From Octopus bimaculoides (Eukaryota), in assembly GCF_001194135.2 (NCBI RefSeq), contig NC_068981.1, positions 42,805,344 to 42,861,642 on the forward strand: a stretch of 56,299 bases of DNA. The letters are read 5' to 3'. Within the stretch, counting starts at the first letter, position 1. Every line of letters begins with the position of its first letter. Positions 38,060 through 53,115 of this stretch are shown here, one piece after another. A program made the position numbers and the translations under genes. The notes below the pieces were generated by a model that saw only the letters and a list, made by a program, of their open reading frames with translations, did not search any database and had not been told where the DNA came from.

Positions 38060-39225
38060 AGAAAGCATGTTTAAACCTCTTCCTCCAGCACCATTGTGAA
38101 ACCAATAACATTATCACAGCAGAACAAGCAACTGGGAAGAAGGGAGTCTGGGGATGAGGTGCGAGATCATAGGAGGAACCTAGTTTCAATGTGGCTAGAC
38201 TACAAGAAAGCCTTTGACTCTGTTCCTCACTCATGGATGCTAGAAGCCCTTCAACTTGCTCTAGTTCCAGTGAGAATAGCCAAAGCCATAGCTTCATCGT
38301 GGGTCACCGTCTTGAAATTAAACACAAAGAGGAATGTATTATCACCGATTCCAAGGAGACATCCTCTTTGTGATGTTGTTTATGCTTTCTGTAAACCCCT
38401 TGTCATTCATGTTAAGGAAATCTGAAGGATATCTCACAGGTTCACAAGGAAACGGAAATACCAAAATTACACACTGTTTCTTTTTGGATGACTTAAAACT
38501 TTATGCAAAGAATATGCATATAATAAAAAAGAGCCTTGACCTAGTTACAACATTCTCAAAGAATGTAGGATTGGAGTTTGGTCAGGATAAATGTTGTTAT
38601 ATGGTTGTGAAAAGGGGGAAAACTATTAACCAGACTACTAACATCCCCATTAAGGATTTGACTGTTTCCCCTGTATCTGACGCGGAATGTTACAGGTATT
38701 TAGGAGTGAGTAAAAATATATCTTTTGTTACACTGGCACCTGTAACAATACACGTGCCACAAAAGAATATTACAGCCGAATAAAGAAAATCTGTACCTGA
38801 GAACTCTCTGCATTCAATAAAACAGTGACCCGCAAGGTGTTTGAAGCGCCAGTACTCATACCAATATTTGGGCTGCTTCATTGGACGCTTGATGAGATCC
38901 GAAACATTGATGTGAAAACCAGAAAAATAGTAACAAGCACACATAATTTCCACACAAGCAGTGGCGTAGACCGCCTCTACCTACAACGAAAACAAGACGG
39001 AAGAAGCTTAACATCGATCCTAAATGCCTTTGAATGTCGCATCATATCCCTTCAGCAACACCTTTTAACCACCAAGAGTCGAAGTGCACCACTTGACCAA
39101 GTTTGCATACATGAGGCTGATAACATCATAAGACTTGGAAGGAAGCTCCTTGAGCAACCCTCTTTGTCTGATAACTTAGAAAACATGCCTAAAGAAGTCG
39201 CACGACTCCACCGCAATATCTTGTC
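38060..39225 (+). mobile_element. R4/Dong-like RT region, frameshifted
   Basis: WLDYKKAFDSVPHSW; FQGDILFVMLFMLSVNPLS; THCFFLDDLKLYAKN; GLEFGQDKC; YRYLGV; IDVKTRK...VDRLYL. Confidence 0.92.
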
Positions 39226-40384
39226 TGGAATATTATTATTATTTTTATCATTTAGTAAGTGGAGGGGAACAATACTGGACATGTCTGAATTTTCATAAAT
39301 CTCCGTATCAAAGCAAAGTTTTCACAGCATTTTTTGAAATAGTGATGGGAGAATCATTAATTATATGCACAATATTGTACGCGAGTAGGCGTAAAAAATA
39401 TTAGCACATTAAAAAATATTCCAGACAAGATATTTAGATATGCCATATGTATGAAAAACCATTATTGAGTTGGTGTTCGCATACTCAATGCAATGAGTAT
39501 CAAAAATCTAATTAGAAATAATTATGCGAGGAGGAAAAGACAGCAGTAACTCAATGAGCTGATATTAATCAATTTAGTAAATACTGGAGACAACTCTGGG
39601 TATGTTTCGCTCTTATTATAATTTAATGATTTTCTTGTTTGTTTAAATATATTCAATATCCCTGACTACACATAAATAATATTATATATCAACGAATTTT
39701 TAGTGATTCTCTTATCATTATTTTGGCAAATGCAGTGATGACTATGCATTGCTGTAGAGTATCTAATAAAATCAAGGAATGCCTGAAGTTATTTCTCTGT
39801 ATTTAGAGAAATAATTAAAATATCAGCTACTAAGTTAATATCTTTCCAATCGCCGCATAAGTATTTCTAATGTGAATTTTCATATTCACTAACAATATTC
39901 AGTCTGATAATTTTAACCATAATACACTTACTTTGCATTCCATTCTATCTCAGCTTAAGTGTAACAGCCAATCTGTTTTGATCACCACCTAGATTCTTTC
40001 ACTACTTAGCGTTTGCTTTCTACTAATGTTTAACATAGTAAGATGTTCTATCTTCCATCAATGTATCAATGAGAATTAACCTGTGAATAAATTTAAACTA
40101 AGGGCCTTTTTTTAATTCATTGAAGTATAATGTTTAATACTGTTTATATTAAAAAATGTCGTTTTAACCAAAACTTTTATCAGTTAATTCCATAATATAT
40201 TTCTATTTATCAAGTTAATTCTTTCCGATATATCGAATCAAGGCGTTATGCTTTTCCATCTTTCATAAAGTCTAAACACGATTCTATGTGGCGATGCTAA
40301 GTCACAAATGAATTAATAAGTAAAGCAGGAATATATGTTCTTTTGGATAAAAGTTTGATTAATTAGTAGAAATACATTTGTGAC

Positions 40385-41607
<1,223 letters not shown>

Positions 41608-43347
41608 TATGTACCTGTCACATGATAAAACAGATCAGCTGAAAAATCAAAAGAGGAAAACAGAATATTTGAATAAAGTGGAGGAAATATAGATGTATGT
41701 GGAAATCTGTCATTGATATTAAAAATGGAAATAAAATGAAATAAATGACGAGAAAATATATATACGTAAAAATCGGAAACATTAAAGTAAAAGATAGTGG
41801 AAGTATTGAAATAGAATTTACTAGCTCCTATATTTTAAGAGGGAATGATCATATCATTTGTGTAGTTATTATCTATAATTATAGATAATAACCACACACA
41901 CAACGATACTTTAAAAAAAATTCTAATAAGTTCTAAAAAAATTCTAAGAGTAAGAATATCTTATATTTATAGCTTATATATATAATTATGTATCTTATAT
42001 ATATTTATTAGCAATAATATCTTATGCTAAGCATTAAGGTATAGTTTATGAATATATTTGAAACATTCTATAAACTATTCGATAACACGATTTGAGATTT
42101 CAAAATATTACGTGTATTTTAGTTTGTGAAGACCTATCCCTATAGACTCTGTAGATTTCTCAGACTGATAAAAGCGATGAAGCAAATGTCCAGTTTGACG
42201 TCCAATTTACTTTTGATATACTATTCCCTTATTTCAGAATTACAAATACGACAGCAGTTAACTTAAACCAAAATCCTACTACAATTTTCTATTTCAATTT
42301 GGAAATTTGAATTCTGCAATCATGACGAGGGATCCTCCACATTCTTGTTCGATTGTTATAAAAAAACATGCAAACCTCCCTCAAATCAAACACTACAGTC
42401 ATAAAAAAATGATTGATATGATGGTCAAAAATGCAACGCCTTCAATGATAGATTCCTTGATCAAAGCTGACTTGGGGCCAAGCAACAAAAATAGGTTTCA
42501 GATTTATGAAAAGGATTTATAAAGAAGTTTGTCTAATAAAATATCAGTATGACCTCACTGAAAATAAGGATGGAACAATGTGCGCATTTGTATATAATAC
42601 GCGGCTGTACACTAGAACGTAGAAGATGATCATTGCGAGATTTTTATCGTCAAAAAACGATTCTCTTTATAGAGTTTGTGCATTGAAACACATTACGCCG
42701 GGATCTGGAAAACGCCAGCAGACATTCAGACACGTGTTTTGGCGTCAGTACACCGCCTCAGAAATAAAAATTGTTTTAGTCGTTCATAGGCCGGTCCACA
42801 AAGCAGTGTCAATTGAAATAACGATGTATCGATTTATATAACAACTTCCTGTATACTAGAACGTAGAAGATATTCACCGCTAGAGGATGTTCACTGCATT
42901 TGCCTCGAAGAGAAATTGTTCCTTACACACTTCCAGGTAAAATTTCATTTAGTGTACAGAAGCATTTTAAATATAAATGTACACGTCGTTATTTTGATTG
43001 TCACAACTTCATGCGCTTACTATAACTTATGAAATATAGTATCTATATAATTGCCAGCTTACAGTAAAAAATTAATCTTTCAGTGGAGAGGTGCACCAAG
43101 TAGCCTGTAAGATTCAAGTATAGTATCCTCATCAGAGACATATTTACTATAATAGAAGATAATGCAACTAACTTTCATCATGTGATCGAAAGTTCGTAGT
43201 ATTATCAAATCAACATCCAGTTGAACAGATAAACAATTATTCAATGAATCTATTTAATTATGAATATTTATAGTTATATCAATCTCTCACTTTTTCTCTT
43301 ACTGTCTCTTTGTTTATCCTATGTCATTATTGCAATCACTCACTATT

Positions 43348-43570
43348 CTTTTCTACTCAATGCAAAAGGCCCGAATTTTTTTTTTTTTTGTGGGAGGGGT
43401 TATTCGATTAAATCGACACCAGTATGCAACTGGTATTTAATTTATTGACCTCGAAAGGATGAAAAGCAAAGTCGATCCTGGCGGAATTTGAACTCAGAAC
43501 GTAAAGACAGACGAAATACTGCTAAGCATTTCGCCCGGCGTGCTAACACTTCTGCCAGCTCACCGCCTTC
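43348..43570 (-). mobile_element. tRNA-derived SINE, full length
   Basis: Same family as 31653 and 33333; 16-bp TSD GCAATCACTC(A/C)CTATT at 43332-43347 and 43571-43586. Confidence 0.92.
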
Positions 43571-43849
43571 GCAATCACTCCCTATTTTTCTATCACAATA
43601 CTTACACATATAATTNNNNNNNNNNNNNNNNTGTGTGTGTGTGTGTGTACATTTGTACGCACGTGAGAGTAGATATAGGTGTATACATGCATGCAGATGT
43701 GTCATAAATCTCAGCAGTCTGATGTCTAACCACAAGTTTTCATCACAGACGTATTTTTAAACAAAGAAAATATATATGTATTTACTCACACGTGTACACA
43801 CTTCTATCAAAACCTCTGTATGTTTTGTTAGATGAGGAAGGAAGTACAC

Positions 43850-44010
43850 ACCCACACACACCCACACACACTCACACACGCTGTATATGTATATGTGTAT
43901 GTGAGTGTGTGTGTATACATGTGTGTGTGTATACATGTGTGTGTGTATACATGTGTGTATGTATACATGTGTGTGTGTATACATGTGTGTGTGTGTGTGT
44001 GTGTGTGTAA
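43850..44010. repeat. (CA)/(TG) array with repeated ATACATGTGTGT units
   Basis: Read directly. Confidence 0.9.
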
Positions 44011-45331
44011 AACATCCACACAGTTAATACACCCACATATTCACATAAAGCAAGAAAAATCTCTTTTGTGATATACTTGTTCAGACTTGAAAATAACAGT
44101 GTAATCACTGTGCAGCCCAAAGCAGAAAAGACTGCAGAAGGTACTTGATGATTTTGTCTTTGTTTAGCAAACAAAACGTGCTCACGTTGGCATAACACAT
44201 AGAAATTACAGTGACCTTTCCCTGCCATCTATTTTTAAGATTCCTTCATGTTGATACACACGCTGAAAATTATATACATTTATAATTTTCTGAGTGCTTC
44301 TCTGAAGAACACTTTCTACTTCATTGTCAGTCTCTTGTGGCTTAAAGAAACTAAATCAAATCCGTTCCCCACGCTAACTTTCAAAGTCCGTGACGCATTT
44401 GGTCTGATATGTGTATATAGGTATACATACATGAGTGTGCGTGCTTATGTATGTGTGCACATGCATGTGTGTTTGTATATAAGCTTATAACTTATAAACT
44501 TATATTACCATATATATATATGTGTGTGTGTATATATATATATATATATANNNNNNNNNNTACATGCATGCGCGTATGTAAGTGTATATATGTGTTTGTG
44601 TATGTGTATGTGTGTGTGTAAGAATATCTGCGAGTGCTTGTGTTATATTTATGGTTTATGACATTCACATATAAGAACACATGTATCGCATGGTCTTTGT
44701 ATGTGCACACGTCTGTATTTACACACTCATGTAGTCATACATACTTGCATATATACCTACAGATAAATATATTCCAAGTATACAAAAGCAAAGCTTCTTT
44801 TAGATTCTTTTAACGCCTTCGATCAATGTTTATTAGTATGAAGAGGAATATACATGTATATATGTGAATATTTAACAAAAAACAATCTTCGAGAAATAGC
44901 TCAGAGTGGCCAGCGGCGGCGTGTATGTTAGGGTATATCAACTACAATGCAGCGTACATCCTTGATTTATAAATATTTCTCCGACTCTAGAAACTGCATC
45001 ACTATTACTAAGCAGTAATTGAGAACAACTCTACATCGACAGTTCTCCAAAGCTGACATGCCATTGAGGAAGAAAAAAGCCAGGATTATTGTCTGGAGAT
45101 AAGAGGACAGTCGGGGACTCGTGTTTCTACCGCAGTAGGCGTCCTCATCACGACACTTATCCTTACCTATCTCCAGCAGCCTTGGAACACAGACGTACAC
45201 TAAAAGAGAACACACTTATGGTCAAGGTAATTTGCATATATTAAACGAAACTGGAGTAAAAGAAATAGTTGCGAGTGATGAGTATCACATACTAAGACAC
45301 ATCTAGACACACACACACACACACACACACA

Positions 45332-47775
45332 TGGCCGACTTCTCGTGACCGCAGAAGACCATTGCTGACCCTCATGAACCTTGTGCGATCTAGGGTTAAC
45401 TTATATTTTGCGTTTGCGGCTCCGTTGGTGGCTAATAAGCCCTGCTCTTGACAAGCATACACGATTGCAAACATTGCAAACGCTTAAGTTCTTCATGCAG
45501 ATTACGTGGTCTCTCAAAAGTGTCGACCCCATCCTTAACCTGCTTCCTCCATCTATGGCGATGACAGGCATTGCCCTCCCGGTCAGTCTCCTGCATATCA
45601 CAGGCCTTTAATGAGGACTTCACACAGTCCTTAAATCGCAGCATTGGTTTCTGCCGGGGTCTCTTTCCATTCACAAGTTCCCCATATTAGCATCTGCTTA
45701 GGAAGCCTATTGTCCTTCATTCTAATAAGGTGTCTAGTCCTAAGTAACCGGTACTTGTGCACCATCGCCTCAATACTCAAGATATCAGCTGTTCTCAGGG
45801 CATGTGTGTCTGGAGTTTTTAAGGTCCAGCCAACATTCAGAATGTCTGAGACATCTCTGATAAAATTGTTCAAGTATCCTTATATGACGTTTGTAAAAGG
45901 TCCATGTCTTACATAAGTAAAGGAGCGATGTCAGTACACATGCACGGTACACAGCAATTTTTGTTTGCTTTGTGATGCCATGTTGGGATCAGACACGAGA
46001 CCGGAAGGAATCAGTTGCTCTCTGCAGCCTGAGAGATATTTCACCGTCCAGGGAGCAGGAACGGCTGAGTGTGCTGCGCAGGTAGACAAACTTGTCTACT
46101 ACTTTCAGAATTGTTTCTTCGACCAAGATAGCTGGTTCCACATATGGATTTCCTGGTGCAGGTTGGAACATTACGACAGTCTTGTTCAGGCTAATGCTGA
46201 GTCCAAATGCCTTGCAAGAAGCAGAAATACGATTCATAAGTATTTGCATGTCATCCACTGTATGAGTGACTAAGTCACTGTCATCTGCATAAAGGAGGTC
46301 GCGAATAAGAGACTGGAAAACGTTTGAATTGGCAGCAAATTGGTGCAGATTAAAGAGGTGGCCAGGAGATCGATACCTGACATATATTCCCAGAGAGCTA
46401 ACCTTAGCAAAAGCATGAGTAAAAGCAGCAGCAAAGTACAAAGGAAAGAGAGTGGGGGCAAGGATGTCACCCTGCTTGACACCATTCTCTACAGAAATGG
46501 TTCCCGCTATGCCACCACCAACATTGACCCAAGCCTCCATCCCATCACGAAATGATTTAATTATAGATACAAAGTTATTCGGACGTCCATCTACGTTTGC
46601 CAAGTATTTGCCATAGCAAGGCCCTATTCACAGTATCAAAGGCCGTTAAATCAATGAATACCTGTACATGATTCATATTCTGCTCATAGCACTTCTGCAT
46701 CTGTCTTGCTGTGAAAATCATGTCCATTGTCCCTCTACCAGATCAGAAGCCACATTTAGATTCAGATAGGACATCATTTACGAGACACCCATTCAGACGG
46801 GTAAGAAGAATATTTGCCAGAACCTTGCCAGCAGCTGATAATAGAGCAATACCTCTGTAGTTACCACACATTGTTTTGGCTCCTTTTTCCTTTATAGAGA
46901 GGAAGAATAATTGCACACTTCCAGTCCTTAGACATTGCACCATCCCTCCAGACTGCACTAATAAGTTCATGAAGGGACTGTATGATGTAATCACCACCAA
47001 ATCGCAAGACCTCAGTACAAATTCCATCCTTTCCAGGTGCCCAGCCAAGATTCAATTTACTTATTGATGTCATTACCTCATCTATTGAGGGCGTAGAATT
47101 TAAGGAGCCAATGATAGGTCTTTGTTGCATATTATCAATCACTGTTTCATCCACAACTAACTCATGGTTTAGGAGTTCAGAGAAGTGTTCAAACCAGCGA
47201 CCTGTGATTTCTGTTGATTTAGTAGAGTGAAAGACTCCTTAGAAAACAAAGGAGCTTTAGGACCATAAACTTGCTTCATAAGATGGTAAAGCTTCTTGCT
47301 GTCATTTACATCAGCAGCTGCCTGAACATTACGAGCCTTAACAACCACCAAATGTTCTGCAGCTTCCTGAGAGATCGCTGCAGTAGTGATTTTACACTGT
47401 TATAGTGGGCAAGTGCTAGATTTCGCTGCACAGCTGGAAGTCCTCTGTGCAGCAATATATTGTGGGCATGGCGCTTTACAGCCAATAGTCACTGAACTTC
47501 AGCATTATTTTCATCAAACCAGTCTCTGTGTCTGACAGTAGAATATGCCAGTATTTCAGCAGCACATTGAAAAACCTGGTCTCGAAAATCTTCCCATGCT
47601 GCAGTATTTTCAATGCTAGACGAGTGAGTCTCAAGCTCTTTCCTCAATATAGCATCATATATCTTGTGGACATTTAGACGCCGAAGAATGCCGACTGGCC
47701 CTTTTCTCTCTTTCACTCTAATCATCATCCGGAACTTTGCTCGCACTAGTCTGTGGTCTGTCCAGCATTCCGATC
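45332..47775 (-). mobile_element. RTE-BovB-like LINE, from the end of the APE domain through RT to the 3' UTR, frameshifted
   Basis: GSECWTDHRLVRA; WFDENNAE; KAPGKDG-like WAPGKDGI; NYRGIALLSAAGKVLA...ESKCGF; GVKQGDILAPTLF; DLLYADD; FVYLRSTLS; GHLIRM-like RHLIRMKDNRLPKQ; CNVCNRVCLSRAGLISH; ends at a (TG)n tail (45307-45331). Confidence 0.95.
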
Positions 47776-49649
47776 CAATTCAGTATCCAAACCTTGTTTC
47801 AGGTTAAGTCCCAGGTAGTGTGCCTGCAGAGCACGTTCATCACTTATGGCTACCAGGCGTCATCAGCGTTACTGTGTGTTCGTCGTTGGTGCTACGTCCG
47901 GAATTCCGAGGTGCGCGTAGAGTATATTATAAATGATTGAATGTAACCAGGAGCTTTATTAGCACGACAATCGCTTCGGCTTCATTCTGCACTGCTCCCT
48001 AATGGGTGTGGGACGATATAATGCCTTCTTTATATATGTATATATATATATATGTATGTGTGTATGTATGTGTATGTATGCATGTATGTATGTATGTATG
48101 TATGTATGAGTGAATGTATATATGTATTTGTGTGTTTGTACACGTTTCCCTATCTTACTCATACTGTATATGTGTATGCACTTGATTTTTACCCGTCTAT
48201 ATTATATTAGAATTACATCTTGGAATCGTTTTAATCAGTATAGAAACACTGGGTGTGGGACTAGACTTTATCGATAATAACGAAGTGTGGCATGGAATGG
48301 CGGGTCTCTTTGGTGTAATGGTAATTTCAGGAGAAATGGCCTATTCAAGGTGGTGATGGGAGCAACCTACATGGAAGTTGTGCGGAATCTCTAAAACTCT
48401 TTTGAAAGGGAGGTCTGGCCGGAATTTTAGTAATAAAATGGATTCCGCTAAAGACCCTAAACAGATAGGTTGTAGTGCTAAGTCAGAAATAATCTGCCAC
48501 TAAGAAACAGGTATCATCCATACGAAGGGCTACTGTGCAATTTCCCTCACAAGATTACAGTAGTAAAAATTGGCTAAGTGAGAATTGTGCTCATAATTAA
48601 TTCTGATTTGCAGAGTTTACTCTTCATTATGCTATACAAAACGTATGAATCTCATTTAATTTTTTATCTGACTTATTTAAATTATTAAAGTATTTACAAA
48701 AGTGAAACTACGGCAATCTGGATTCTTTTACTACAAAGTTTTGTCACAATTATATATTTATAACAAAGAACATATATATGTATTTACTAAGATTGTATAG
48801 CCTATATCCATACCCTTATGTGTTAGGTTAGGAACAAAATATCATTAAGTAACATCGTTAGATCTTAAAATAAGAGCATTAAATGAAACACTAATAATTA
48901 AGTGATGATACAACAGCTTAGCATATGCTTTCCGAGGACTTTCCTTTAAACACAGGAATAATTTGATTAATAACACATTTCTTAGCTATATTATCTTCTT
49001 CTAATGTTGCTTTCGTATGCGTTTACTATATTTTTCAGCTAAGTAGACTACAACACGGTTATTTATCTACAGCAAAACCTCGCCCTCTGTGTCTGATAAT
49101 TAACTGGTTGATAATGTTTCACTCGGTTGCAAAATTCTGTGCCAAATCCTATTTCTATGTTCTTTTTCTCTCGAGCTTTACTTTATTCTCACTCTTCTGT
49201 TTGATCTTCTTTCGTTAACTTTAGTATATAGACAGTATTAACTTATACACAAATGGGTGTGTATTATGGCAATATTTTCAACTAATTTAATAAACAAAGA
49301 AACGTGTACGCAATATATGTAGAGTAGTCAATATGTGTGTGTGTGTGTGTATGTTTGCGCGTGTGTGTGTATTTATGTATTCATGTATGTATGTATGTTA
49401 GGATGGATATATTTATGTATGTGAACAAAGAAAAGTATGTAATACTCAGGACATTTGGTTGGAGTTATATGTTAATAGCTTGACTCAACTCGTCCATTTA
49501 AAATTTTGCTGGCGAGTTAATACTAACGTCAACCTTCAGGGGAGTATGAACACATTAACAGAAGCAATCTGTAAGTGGGAGTAACCAAATTTAATAGTGT
49601 TGAGTTACAGTTGAGATTGCATAACCAACATTGGTGGGATGCAGTCTCT

Positions 49650-50850
49650 ACGGATGACAGGGATTAAATATCCTGCCCTTATATAAGGTCACCTGTGTCT
49701 AAGGTGGGATATCCAAGTTGTCAGCTTGACGTTCATTAACAGGGTGTATCTCTCGTGGCAACAATAAGAGAATTCACTCTTCCTGTTGATAGATACTATG
49801 CGTTGGTATAATATGTATTGTCTCTTACGGAGACAGAGCTGGAAGTTGTGAGTTTAAGGAGGGGCCTCAGTCTATAATGCTTAGTTTGATGCTGGGAAGT
49901 TATTCCAATGATAACGGAGTTTCCATATGAAGCGGAAGAGCAAAGTGGAGTCTTCCTTATCCCTGCACCTGAAAGATTGCGTACGCTGTGTACACAGTTC
50001 TTTAAAGTTATTGGCTGTCATGCCCGTGTAGTGTCTTGTAATACCACTGGATGGTGTGTGGATTACTCTGAGAGCCAAGACTCTCTCGGTTAGCAAAAGG
50101 TTGGATTTCTGCTGTTACAAGTTGGAGTTTGCGCCTATTGCAGCGTACAATATTTGAAGCAATGTTTTCTAAACAGGAGTTGCTGATCATCACAATGCGT
50201 GGATGGAAGAGTTTACAATATCTATAGGCTATATAGAAACGCTTTTTAAATAACATCAAGGAGCTTCCAGTTAAGTTAGTGGAACAGCTAGGTTAAATGG
50301 AAGACTGCACTAGATTAATTTTCTTTTTCAAACACTCTTTGGGTTCATGGGCCGGGATGGATCTTTCTCCATATATACTAACTTATCAGTAAAGCCACTC
50401 CTAGTTAATGCCTCGTTATAGTGGGGCGCAGATCTACTGAAGATTTCTTTTCTGCTGGCCGATGATAGATTCTTCAGCTGATGCCGTGACAAGATTTCTA
50501 ATTAGAATTAGAAGGTGGCTGAGGTGATCACGAATATAAACAGTCTCTGCATTGGACATTCTGTAACGATTGTACTTGCCCATCATCAACTCAAGAGTTA
50601 CGATCAAGAAGTTCTTTGTCAAATTGGTGGTAACTCTTATAGTTGAGCCGAGTTTTTTGAAGATCATTATTAGATTCTTCCGGAACTTCTCAATGGCTTA
50701 GCCGATCATATAGTTTGAGATTGGCAGACCATTATCATTCTACAAGAACTGTACAGGATGTGTGCATTTCCATAGAGTATCCAGCACAATTAACCAGAAG
50801 AGGCTGGCGATCTTAATCTCTTCGAACAATGGATCACCTTCTGCTTTTTT
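49650..50850 (-). mobile_element. Penelope-like element, 3' half (RT motif C onward + GIY-YIG EN), decayed
   Basis: *NDNGL (YRDDGL remnant), IFKKLG...NFLIVTL, KLFHPR...ISNSCLENIAS, HYTGMTANNFKELCTQRTQSF...STLLFRFIWKL. Resembles the Hydra-type PLE clade from memory. Confidence 0.8.
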
Positions 50851-50905
50851 ACTAAGACTGAATCATCGTGAAATAGATTTGACAATTTATCGTTTATAAT
50901 GATTC

Positions 50906-50907
<2 letters not shown>

Positions 50908-50943
<36 letters not shown>

Positions 50944-50960
50944 TTACTTACATATGTATG
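50908..50960. repeat. (TA)n microsatellite
   Basis: Read directly. Confidence 0.95.
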
Positions 50961-53009
50961 CACAAACAAAACAAATGGGATTCACTCCATAAACTAGCCG
51001 GAAGTTTGCAACACTCTCCCTTGAAAGACTGGAGACATTTTAAAATCTTTCATCTTTATCATATCATCTTATGAACATTTCTTCGGAATATTTTCGTGTT
51101 TAAGGGCATAGAAACATGTCACTGGTCTAAACCATTTGTTTCTTGGAAACGCGATTTAAAGTATACTGACTTTTAACGAAAATCGAAAGTAACCAAGAAG
51201 AAGAAAAATATTTACATTTCTAATTCTTCCAACACAGAGTATAATAAAATTGAAATGGCGAAGAAAAAACTGAATACTCTATCCAGAAGCCTCAAGTTCA
51301 AATCAACTGCAAACGTTTCACTATCTTTTGTGTTGAATACATTTTATATTACTTAGTTTTATTTTTAGACAGGTAATAGGCAATATGTCATCTAGTAATG
51401 ATGTTACTGTAATGTTTATCTACGATAGACTAGTAACTAGTCCCGCACATATTTGTTTTTCATCCGCTTTATACCATTAAAACCAAAGCTATGTACTGGC
51501 TCTTAAAAGCTATTGTGTTCTTCTAAGGCATTTGCTTTCACATTACATTAATGCTGCAAACGTTCCATACACTAGACGCTGTACATTCAAAGTATTTGTG
51601 TAAACGTAATGGAATTTGTATTCAACATGCAGAAATGTTTTCATCTTGAAACTCAATTTTAGCTAGATAGCATTGCATGGATTGTATAAAATTAACATGT
51701 CTACAAATTTAAAATGTCTGTTGAATTACTCTGCGATGCCAATCGCTTTGAATGATCTGTGTAATTTTGTCTTCTAAGTTAAATGTATTTTTGCATTTAT
51801 CTAGTCCTGCAAATAGCGACCGTTTAGACATAATAAACTGAAACAAACTAAAGAATTTAATACTCGTGTGTCTTAAACTGCATGTGTGTGCATGTGTGTC
51901 TGTGTGTATATTACAAACAAATGAACATTTACATAATATTTGCGTTCTTACATCATCGTCATCGTCGCCACCGCCGTCATCGTTTTTGTCATCATGATCA
52001 TTCATAATTACCGCATTTGTGATTTCAACTATCCAGTTTTACATTTTGAAATTGGTTTCATAGATTTGCCGTGCAGCATATCTCCGTTCATTACTATCCT
52101 TTGGCATCTCGTCTGTGAATCCAAATAACTTAAGATCTCTCTACACTACTTCATGTCATGTTTTCATTGATCCTCTTCAACGTGTACCTTTCACTGTCAG
52201 CATTTGGCATTTTATAACCTAGCACTATTCATCCATTTGCATTTCGTATTCATATTAGCGTATGTATACATCACTGATGCATTTAATCCCAAGCCAGTTT
52301 CTCAACTCACTTATCGTCCACCTTTCATGCAAATCAACATTACAGATCCAAGAAATTTACCGGACAATGCTCGTATGCTACCGTCTTAAAAAAAACACAT
52401 TACATAATGTAGTATAATATACTCTATAACTTAAAAGTAATAAGATAATCAAAACTGCTAAGTTTTGATCATCGTTATGCTTGTTGGTGCCAAACAATAC
52501 TAACAAACTAACAATAATACTTACATCTAGTTTTCTTTTCAAGAAACATCACAAGAGTCCGCATATGTGTTTCATAGGAGATGTTTTATTTTGCTTTTCC
52601 ATCGGAGAGTCATTTTTCACCACAAGGAGTAACACCTCCCTTAAAGTTTCAACTACCTTTGCTGTCTACAAATACCATAGGGCCAATAAGAAATTGAGCG
52701 AAACCTCTTCCTACCTCGGTCTTCCTACCTCGGTTAGGAATGGCAGTCAGATATCACACTCTACTGCTTCAAAACAATTAAAGGATATATTGAATAATGG
52801 ATAAATCATAACCGAAACGAATATCTTTGACCATAAGCCTATTAAATCAGAGGCGACCTAGGACTGAAAAAAAAAAACAATACCTCTACTGCTAGATAAT
52901 ATGCATAAACAATAAAATTTATCTCACCGGTTAACGAGCTACGGAAACAATAGTTTATGTACGGTTGTGTGTGTGTATACGTGTATGTGTGTATAAAATT
53001 TCTCTTTTA

Positions 53010-53051
53010 ATTGTAGCAGTCATTGGGCTGCGGCCATGCTGGAGCATCGTG

Positions 53052-53115
<64 letters not shown>
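53010..53115 (-). mobile_element. SINE 3' fragment followed by (TA)n
   Basis: Reverse complement of ATGCTCCAGCATGGCCGCAGCCCAATGACT, the 3' end of the 26865 family; (TA)n from ~53053. Confidence 0.7.

Noticed and set aside
42626-42841. TPGSGK as a Walker A motif (viral or helicase remnant)
   Set aside because: Lacks the following S/T, the preceding hydrophobic strand and any Walker B.
47820-47870. CTGATGA on the minus strand as a hammerhead core
   Set aside because: No GAAA and no stem II downstream. Other CTGATGA hits (near 28802 and 43130) fail the same way.
48250-48560. MDDT on the minus strand as an RT catalytic motif
   Set aside because: Surrounding residues do not give a convincing RT alignment by eye.
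51730-52670. Minus-strand exon candidates (51837-51730 open 36 codons; GTAAGT donor near 52520)
   Set aside because: Phases are incompatible, one donor is weak and the peptides are unrecognised.
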